DNA of 64,000 bases. Source: an uncultured Solirubrobacterales bacterium. Its GTDB lineage: Bacteria; Actinomycetota; Thermoleophilia; Solirubrobacterales; 70-9. The position numbers and the translations under genes were made by a program. Of the stretch, positions 58,075 to 64,000 are shown piece after piece (within the stretch, counting starts at the first letter, position 1; each line of letters opens with the position of its first letter). Location of the stretch: the NCBI GenBank assembly GCA_963798165.1, contig CAWCSE010000003.1, positions 178,014-242,013 of the forward strand. The letters run 5' to 3'. Under the pieces are notes generated by a model. The model was not told the DNA's origin and did not search any database. It saw nothing but the letters and a program-made list of their open reading frames with translations.

Positions 58075-59436
58075 CTAGTCCCCTGATCTCTCGGGCCCGG
58101 AGCCGCCGGACCGGTTGACGCGAGAGTGGATCTGCGTGACCTCGGCGCCCGTGCCCTCGGGCTCGGTGCCCACGTCGAGCCCGAACAGCTCGCGCAGCGC
58201 GGCGACCTGCTGATAGGCGTCGGCCTCCTCGGCGGCGCGCTTGAGGCGAAGGGTCGGCTCGTGCAGGAGCCGGCCGGCGATCGCCCGCGCCATCGCCTCG
58301 ATCCGCATCCGGTCCTCGTCGTCGATGCTGTTGAAGCGATTGGCGTTCTCGGCGAGGACGCGTTCGACGATCTCGTCGGCGCGCAGGCGCAGGGAGGCCA
58401 CCGTCGGCAGCACCTCCAGGGATCCGAGCCAGCGCTCGAAGCGGGAGAGCTCCGCGGCGACCAGGACCTCCGCCCCGCGCGCCTCGACCTCCCGGCCGGT
58501 CGCGTTGCGATCGGCGACCGACTGAACGTCGTCGACGTCGCGGACGACCACGCCGGTCACCTCGCGGCAACTCGGGTCGATGTCCCGGGGCACGGCCAGG
58601 TCGATGAGCAGGAGAGGCCTGTGGCCGCGGGCGGCGGCGACGAGCTCGAGCTCCTCGCGCTCGACGATGTGATGAGGGGAGTTGGTCGAGGAGACGACGA
58701 TGTCGGCGGCCTCGAGCTGTACGGGCAGGTCCTCGAGGCGAACCGCGCTGCCGCCGAACCGCTCGGCGAGTCCGATGGCCCGGTCGTAGCGGCGGTTGGC
58801 GACGAAGACCGCCTCGACGCCGCGGGCGGAGAGGGCTCGGGCGGTCAGCTCGGCGGTTTCCCCGGCGCCGATCAGCAGGACGTGGCGGCCGGTCAGATCG
58901 CCGAGCGTCCGCGTCGCCAGCTCGACGGCGGCGGAGGGAACGCTCGTCCCGCCCTCGCCGATGCGCGTCTCGTCGCGGACCCGCTTGCCGGCCGCGAGCG
59001 CGCCGCGGAAGAGGCGGTTGAGGATCGCGCCGGTGGCACCCTCGACGAGCGCCAGCTCGTAGGCGCGCTTGACCTGGCCCTGGATCTCGGCCTCGCCGAC
59101 GATCATCGAGTCGAGGCCCGCGGCAACCCGGAAGAGATGCCGAGCGGCGTCGATACCGCGATAGGAGTAGAGGCTCTCGATCAGCTCCGTGGGCCTGATG
59201 CCCGCCTGGCGGGAGAGGGCTCCCAGCGCGAGGTTCTCGGCCTCGACCGGGTCGGAGACGACGAGGTACAGCTCGGTGCGATTGCAGGTCGAGATCGCGG
59301 CGGCCTCACTGACCTGATCGTGGGAGCGGAGGTCGTTGAGGACCCCCGCGGCGCGGCCCTCGGTCAGGGCGAGCCGCTCCCGCAGCTCCAGCGGAGCGGT
59401 CTTGTGGGAGATGCCGAGGGCGAGCAGGTCGCTCAT
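58075..59436 (-). CDS. hemA: glutamyl-tRNA reductase
   Basis: 453 aa. LALGISHKTAPLELRE, STCNRTELY, LLIGAGETAE (NADPH site). Confidence 0.9.
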   Translation of the reverse strand: MSDLLALGISHKTAPLELRERLALTEGRAAGVLNDLRSHDQVSEAAAISTCNRTELYLVVSDPVEAENLALGALSRQAGIRPTELIESLYSYRGIDAARHLFRVAAGLDSMIVGEAEIQGQVKRAYELALVEGATGAILNRLFRGALAAGKRVRDETRIGEGGTSVPSAAVELATRTLGDLTGRHVLLIGAGETAELTARALSARGVEAVFVANRRYDRAIGLAERFGGSAVRLEDLPVQLEAADIVVSSTNSPHHIVEREELELVAAARGHRPLLLIDLAVPRDIDPSCREVTGVVVRDVDDVQSVADRNATGREVEARGAEVLVAAELSRFERWLGSLEVLPTVASLRLRADEIVERVLAENANRFNSIDDEDRMRIEAMARAIAGRLLHEPTLRLKRAAEEADAYQQVAALRELFGLDVGTEPEGTGAEVTQIHSRVNRSGGSGPERSGD

Positions 59437-59654
59437 CGGGCGGACTCTCCGACGGACTCGGGCTCCGGCTCCGGCTCCGGCTCGGCGGGATCTTCCGGAG
59501 TGCGCTCGGCGATGTTCGCGAGCTCCTCGAGCTCGTTCGAGATGCGGCCGAGCTTGGCGGCCATGATCCCGATGTAGACGACGAGCAGGACCACGAAGAT
59601 CACGTAGGCGGCGGCGACGTACTTGCCGGCCTCGTCGAGGGGAAGCGCCGGCAT
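59433..59654 (-). CDS. ccmD: CcmD-like small membrane protein
   Basis: 73 aa from ATG 59654 (TGATG overlap with the ccmC stop). Single TM YVAAAYVIFVVLLVVYIGIMAA, then an acidic PEPEPEPE tail. The call rests on position after ccmC. Confidence 0.5.
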   Translation of the reverse strand: MPALPLDEAGKYVAAAYVIFVVLLVVYIGIMAAKLGRISNELEELANIAERTPEDPAEPEPEPEPESVGESAR

Positions 59655-60394
59655 CAGCGCGCTCCCGCGCCGCCCGGCGCGATCCGGGTCGCGACGCCGG
59701 CCGACGGGGGCGGCCGATCGTCGAGCGCCCGCCGCAGCCGTGAGATCTGGGACTTCGTCCGCTTCGCGGTCAGCTCGAAGCCGACGAGCGTCACCCAGAG
59801 CGCCAGGATGCCCGCGAAGCAGACGAGGAAGGCCACCCACATGTCGCCCGGGAGGCCGCCGTCGACGGTGCCGAACGTGCGCGGGTGGACGAGCGACTGC
59901 GCGGCGCGGACGGCCATGAAGTTGAGCGGGACGAAGGCGCCGGCGGTGATCGCGAACACGGAGGCGTAGCGGGCCTGCCGCTCGCGATCCTCGATTGCGT
60001 AGCGCAGCGGGTAGTAGGTGCAGTAGAGGAGGAAGACGATCAGGAAGCTGACGAGGGTCGGCTCGTCCCAGACCCACCAGCGGCCCCAGGAGGCCTTGGC
60101 CCAGATCGCGCCGGTCAGCAGCACGGCGACGCCGAAGATCACCGACGTGTGGATCGAGACGTAGGAACGGGCGTCGTGGACGGCGTCGCCCGTGCGGAGA
60201 TGGCGGATCGCATGGATGCCGCCGACGATGAAGCCGCCGAGGGCGACGATCGCGAGGGGGACGTGCAGGTAGAAGATCTTCTGGATGAACCCCTGATCGG
60301 CCTCGTTGGGCGCGTAGAAGAACACGAGCGCGAAGCCCGCCCCGATCAGCAGGGCGGTGAGCAGCGCGAGTGTCCTCAGAGTGGACGCTTTCAT
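59654..60394 (-). CDS. ccmC: heme exporter protein CcmC
   Basis: 246 aa from ATG 60394 (MKASTLRT). Trp-rich motif WAKASWGRWWVWDEPTL and conserved His residues (YLHVP). Confidence 0.8.
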   Translation of the reverse strand: MKASTLRTLALLTALLIGAGFALVFFYAPNEADQGFIQKIFYLHVPLAIVALGGFIVGGIHAIRHLRTGDAVHDARSYVSIHTSVIFGVAVLLTGAIWAKASWGRWWVWDEPTLVSFLIVFLLYCTYYPLRYAIEDRERQARYASVFAITAGAFVPLNFMAVRAAQSLVHPRTFGTVDGGLPGDMWVAFLVCFAGILALWVTLVGFELTAKRTKSQISRLRRALDDRPPPSAGVATRIAPGGAGAR

Positions 60395-60441
60395 GGGTTC
60401 AGTTCGGGTGGCTTCGCTACGAGACCGGGGCCCCGGCGGGG

Positions 60442-61149
60442 TCAATCCTCGAGGAGGAAGTCGAACGCCGCCCAACCGATCAGCAGGAAGATCAGATCGT
60501 ACAAGCCGAGAACCGCCAGCCAGGTTCCGTACTGCTCGTAGGACGGCCCGGCTGCAGCCAGCAGGTGCTGGCCGGCCCCGGCGGCGGCGATCATCGCCGG
60601 GATCAGGAGCGGCAGGAGGATGAGCGGACCGATCAGGTCGCGGGCTCGCGAATTGGTGGCCATCGGGGAGATCAGCGCGCCGGTCGTCGCGAGGGCGGCG
60701 TCGAGGAGCAACAGGATCGGGATCATCGGCACGAGCCCCGAGCCGGAGTCGAGGAAGAACAGCCAGAAGATCGGCAACGCGAAGAGCTCGAGCACGACCA
60801 GGTAGACGAACAGGGCGGCGAGCTTGGCGAAGAACAGCGCGGTCCCGTCGACCGGCGCCAGGCGGATCGCCTCGAACCCGCCCTGCTCGCGCTCGGCCAC
60901 GAAGATCCGGTTGATCGCGAGCAGCGCCGCGAACAGGATCGTCACCAGCAGCACCCCGGCGGCCAGCGCGCCGGCGAGCCGGGTCCGGTCGAGCCCGAAC
61001 CGGAAGATCACGAAGACCGTCGTCGCGAAGAGGACCATCGCCGGCAGCGACTGCAGCGTCCGCAGCTCGACCCGCAGGTCCTTGGCCAGGATCGTCACCA
61101 CCACCCGGCGGGTCGGCGTCTGGTCGTTGCCGGGCCCGGCGCCGCTCAC
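60442..61149 (-). CDS. ccmB: heme exporter protein CcmB
   Basis: 235 aa with 6 TM helices. FVAEREQGGFEAIRLAPVDG is typical of CcmB. 4-nt overlap with ccmA. Confidence 0.75.
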   Translation of the reverse strand: MSGAGPGNDQTPTRRVVVTILAKDLRVELRTLQSLPAMVLFATTVFVIFRFGLDRTRLAGALAAGVLLVTILFAALLAINRIFVAEREQGGFEAIRLAPVDGTALFFAKLAALFVYLVVLELFALPIFWLFFLDSGSGLVPMIPILLLLDAALATTGALISPMATNSRARDLIGPLILLPLLIPAMIAAAGAGQHLLAAAGPSYEQYGTWLAVLGLYDLIFLLIGWAAFDFLLED

Positions 61150-61886
61150 GAGGCGCTCCCCGTCCGCTCCGAGTAGATGACCCTGGCGCGCTCGGCGTCG
61201 ACCTCGCCGGCGGGCAGCTCGAAGGCGACGCTGCCGTCACGTTCGAGGCCGAGGACACGATCGGCGTCGTCGAGCGCCGCGCCGACGTCATGGGTGACGA
61301 GCACCCGGGTCCGTCCCGGCGCCGGACCGAGCAGGGGGGCGACGATCTCCGCTCCGGCCGGATCGAGGTTGGCGAGCGGCTCGTCGAGGATCATCAGCTC
61401 CGGCTCGTGGAGCACGGCCCGGCAGACGGCCAGCCGCTTGACCATGCCCGCCGACATCTCGTCGAGCCTGGTCGAGGCCCGGTGCGCGAGCCCGACCCGG
61501 TCGAGCAGCTCGGCGATCCGCTCGCGCCCGGCGTCGGGGAGGCCGAACAGGCGCGCGTGGAAGGTCAGGTTCTCGACCGCGTCGAGGTCGCGATAGAGCA
61601 GCGGCTGGTGGCCCAGGTAGCCGATCCGGCCGCGCAGCTTCCAGGCCTCTCGCGGCAGCTCGCTGCCGAACACCGCGATCGACCCCTCCGTCGGCCGCAG
61701 CAGCGTCGCGACGATTCGCAGCAGGGTCGACTTGCCGGCACCGTTGGGGCCGAGGACCGCGAGGGTGCTGCCCGGCGACAACTCGAGCGTGAGATCGCGC
61801 AGTACCCAGCGCTCGCCGTAGGCGAGGCTCAGCTCCGCCGCTTGGATCGCGGGCGAGGCGGCGGGCTCGGGAACCGGATCCGTCAC
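61146..61886 (-). CDS. ccmA: heme ABC exporter ATP-binding protein CcmA
   Basis: 246 aa. Walker A GPNGAGKST, signature MSAGMVKRL, Walker B LMILDEP. Confidence 0.8.
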   Translation of the reverse strand: MTDPVPEPAASPAIQAAELSLAYGERWVLRDLTLELSPGSTLAVLGPNGAGKSTLLRIVATLLRPTEGSIAVFGSELPREAWKLRGRIGYLGHQPLLYRDLDAVENLTFHARLFGLPDAGRERIAELLDRVGLAHRASTRLDEMSAGMVKRLAVCRAVLHEPELMILDEPLANLDPAGAEIVAPLLGPAPGRTRVLVTHDVGAALDDADRVLGLERDGSVAFELPAGEVDAERARVIYSERTGSAS

Positions 61887-61968
61887 GCCCGCAAGGCTAG
61901 AGCGAGGTTGCCCGGACGGGACCCGCGCTTGAGGACCGGCTTAGGAGGGCCGGCCAGAATCCGCACCG

Positions 61969-62457
61969 ATGGCGAAGCCCGACGGACGCAACGAGAGTGC
62001 CGTGAAGAGGCGAATCGCCGCCACCGCAGCCACCGCCGCGCTCGCCCTGAGCGGGCCCGCGGTCGCCGCGCGCCCCGCCTCGGCCCGGACCGCGCCGCCG
62101 CCTCGCAGCGCCGGCAACCCGATCACCCGCTTGGCCAATTCCGACCAGGCAGGCGCCGCCACCTCACTCGAGGTTTCACGGCGGGCGGAGCTGGCCTCCC
62201 ATCGCCGGCTTCTCGCCGGCGCGCTCGCCGCCGAGGTCGGCGGCTCCGGTGCCGCGCCACGGCTCGAGCGGGCCCTCGCCGACGCCGACGCCCGGATGAG
62301 CACGGCATATTCACGCGGCGAGCGACCGCAGTTCTCGGGTGGCCTCCCGGCCGAGCTGGCCGCATCCGCGGGCATGACCGAGAGCGAGCTCGCCGATGCC
62401 TTCGAGGCGATGTCCCGCCGGGCGCTGGAGCGGCGGCGCGGCGGCTCCGGCGGCTGA
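61969..62457 (+). CDS. secreted hypothetical protein (Ala/Arg-rich)
   Basis: 162 aa. N-terminal RRIAATAATAALALSGPAVAARPASA is signal-like. No recognised domain. Confidence 0.4.
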   Translation: MAKPDGRNESAVKRRIAATAATAALALSGPAVAARPASARTAPPPRSAGNPITRLANSDQAGAATSLEVSRRAELASHRRLLAGALAAEVGGSGAAPRLERALADADARMSTAYSRGERPQFSGGLPAELAASAGMTESELADAFEAMSRRALERRRGGSGG

Positions 62458-62475
62458 CCTCGATAGGTTCGGGGC

Positions 62476-62985
62476 GTGGACTTCCGTTACTGCCCGCGCT
62501 GCGCCACCGCGCTCGAACTGCAGCCCCCGCACCCGCCGGATCCGCCGCGGCCGGCGTGCCCGAGTTGCGGATACGTCCACTACGACAATCCGTCACCCAC
62601 GGTGCAGGCATGGATCGAGCGTGACGGCGCCTACCTGGCCCTGCGACGCGGCCAGGAGCCCCTGAAGGGGAGATGGAACATGCCCGGCGGGTTCGTCGAG
62701 CCCGGTGAGAGCGGCCCGGAGGCGATCGCCCGCGAGGTCCGCGAGGAGACCGGGCTCGAGGTCGAGGTCGGCGACGTGCTCGGGATCTTCTCCTCGACCT
62801 ACGGCGACGGCGACGACGCGCAGCCGATCTTCGACGTCGCCTACCGGTGCCGGATCACGGGCGGCACCTTCGCGGTCTCCGACGAGTCGGAGGAGGCCGG
62901 GTGGTTCCCGCTGGCCGAGTTCCCCGAGCCGGCCTTCGCGGGCGAGCGGCTGGCGCTCGCCGCGTTGCGGGCGACCCGCGACTAG
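62476..62985 (+). CDS. NUDIX hydrolase with N-terminal zinc ribbon
   Basis: 169 aa. CPRC...CPSCG zinc ribbon and Nudix box GGFVEPGESGPEAIAREVREETGL. Confidence 0.85.
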   Translation: MDFRYCPRCATALELQPPHPPDPPRPACPSCGYVHYDNPSPTVQAWIERDGAYLALRRGQEPLKGRWNMPGGFVEPGESGPEAIAREVREETGLEVEVGDVLGIFSSTYGDGDDAQPIFDVAYRCRITGGTFAVSDESEEAGWFPLAEFPEPAFAGERLALAALRATRD

Positions 62986-63860
62986 GCGAGCGTCGAGCCG
63001 AGCAGCTCGACGATTCGGCGAGCGCTCTCGCCGTTGCGATCCTTCTCCGGGTTGAAGCAGACGAGATTGAGGCCGAGGCAGCAATCATCCGCCAGCAGCG
63101 GCCCCGCCAGGTCGGCCAGCTCCTCCCAGTCGAGCCCGTCGGCGACGAACGCGTCGGTCGCCGGGAAGACGGCCTCGTCGAGGACGTCCAGATCGATGTG
63201 CACCCAGTAGCCGCCGCGCTCGGCGAGCCGCTCGGCCACCGCGGAGGCGACGGCCCCCGGGCCCGCCTCGCGGACGGCCGGAGTGTCGGTGAACGTCCCG
63301 CCCGGCAGATCGTCCGGCAACAGCGACCCGAGGTCGCGCGCCTCCTCGAGGTCCCGGAATCCGAGGATCGCCAGGTCCGCGGGATCGAGGCGGTAAACGC
63401 CGGCGGCCTCGAGCCAGCCGTCCGGACCGCGGCCGAGCGCGACGGCGAGGGGCATGTCCGCCGCCTCGCCGGTCTCCGAGTTGGTGCCGTCGTAGAGGTC
63501 GAGGTGGCCGTCGACGTAGGCGATCCGCGGGGTCCGGCCGGTGTCGGCGAGACCGCCGAGCACGGCCGGCACGAGCGTGCAGCAGCCACCGAGCACCAAC
63601 AGTGGCTCGTCACGAGCCGCGAGCTCGGCCGTCTTGGCCCTGATCTCCCGCGACAGGTCGAGAACCTGATCGAAGGCGACGACGCCGGACCGCGGGTCGC
63701 GGTGCGGGTCGCGCAGCAGGGTCAGGGTCGCATCGCGCTCCCGCAGTTCGACCGCTTCGGCCAGGCCCGCGTCGAGCAGCGCCTCCGGCGCCAACTCCGT
63801 GCCCCCCGGCCTGCCGACCGAGTCGATCGGCACGCTGAGCAGGTTCCAGGTCCGCGACAC
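62982..63860 (-). CDS. arginase/agmatinase/formiminoglutamase family protein
   Basis: 292 aa. VDGHLDLYDG (DxHxD) and HIDLDVLDEAVFPA Mn-binding motifs. Confidence 0.7.
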   Translation of the reverse strand: MSRTWNLLSVPIDSVGRPGGTELAPEALLDAGLAEAVELRERDATLTLLRDPHRDPRSGVVAFDQVLDLSREIRAKTAELAARDEPLLVLGGCCTLVPAVLGGLADTGRTPRIAYVDGHLDLYDGTNSETGEAADMPLAVALGRGPDGWLEAAGVYRLDPADLAILGFRDLEEARDLGSLLPDDLPGGTFTDTPAVREAGPGAVASAVAERLAERGGYWVHIDLDVLDEAVFPATDAFVADGLDWEELADLAGPLLADDCCLGLNLVCFNPEKDRNGESARRIVELLGSTLA

Positions 63861-63892
63861 AGCTTCAATCTATCGGCAGCGGTTATCTACCC

Positions 63893-64000
63893 CTGATCGT
63901 CCGCGCTCCGGTCTTCAGGAGCGAGCCCCCGCCGTCGCGGAGGATCTTCACCTTGGAGCCGTTGCCGCCGTAGAGCAGACCGGCGCTCGCCCGCACCGCC
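63893..64000 (-). CDS. 3' end of an unidentified CDS (runs off the window)
   Basis: My reverse translation gives ...AVRASAGLLYGGNGSKVKILRDGGGSLLKTGARTIRGR-TAA (stop at 63893-63895). Too short to name. Confidence 0.3.

Noticed and set aside
59455-59485. The GGCTCC hexanucleotide run as a non-coding microsatellite.
   Set aside because: It lies inside the CcmD-like ORF and simply encodes the acidic PEPEPEPE tail. It has only about 4-5 units.

Overview
High-GC, densely coding chromosomal window that looks actinobacterial (taxonomy is my inference from protein style only). Sampled 60-nt lines give about 67% G+C in the flanks.

Most of it is ordinary housekeeping:
- otsA-like and IMPase-like genes
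- an MprA/MprB/PepD-like response regulator, histidine kinase and HtrA protease operon
- thiL, pyrE, galT and birA
- secreted phosphate-scavenging enzymes (PhoD, GDPD)
- an ars island: arsR, a broken arsM, and GAPDH-arsJ
- an SPFH/NfeD pair and an SF2 helicase
- an ABC-2 exporter
- a ccmABCD-hemA-hemC-cobA/hemD operon

The exceptional part is about 30.4-41.9 kb. One intact tRNA-Arg(CCT) gene (minus strand, 30422-30495) is followed by four further direct copies of its own 5' half. Each copy still carries the tRNA promoter region. Conserved arms of about 110-140 nt flank each copy and carry AGTGAC repeats.

These attP-like junctions delimit four integrase-less modules of clearly lower G+C (about 52% in sampled lines). 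The modules hold 19 NTF2/SnoaL-like cassettes of about 130-140 codons: 11 intact, 1 with a premature stop, 5 frameshifted and 2 fragments.

The cassettes either carry a conserved promoter-like leader (GCGAGATACT N9-10 ATG) or are chained through a junction conserved at nucleotide level (..CTGTCGGAG TAG GCG ATGTCGGAGGAGAAC..). I saw no integrase, CRISPR array, reverse transcriptase or integron integrase in the window.

I regard this tRNA-half/cassette array as the candidate novel system. It could be a recombination-driven repertoire, possibly of immunity-type or ligand-binding NTF2 proteins. Its function is inference only.

All calls rest on reading the ORF track and the sequence by eye. No database search was run.
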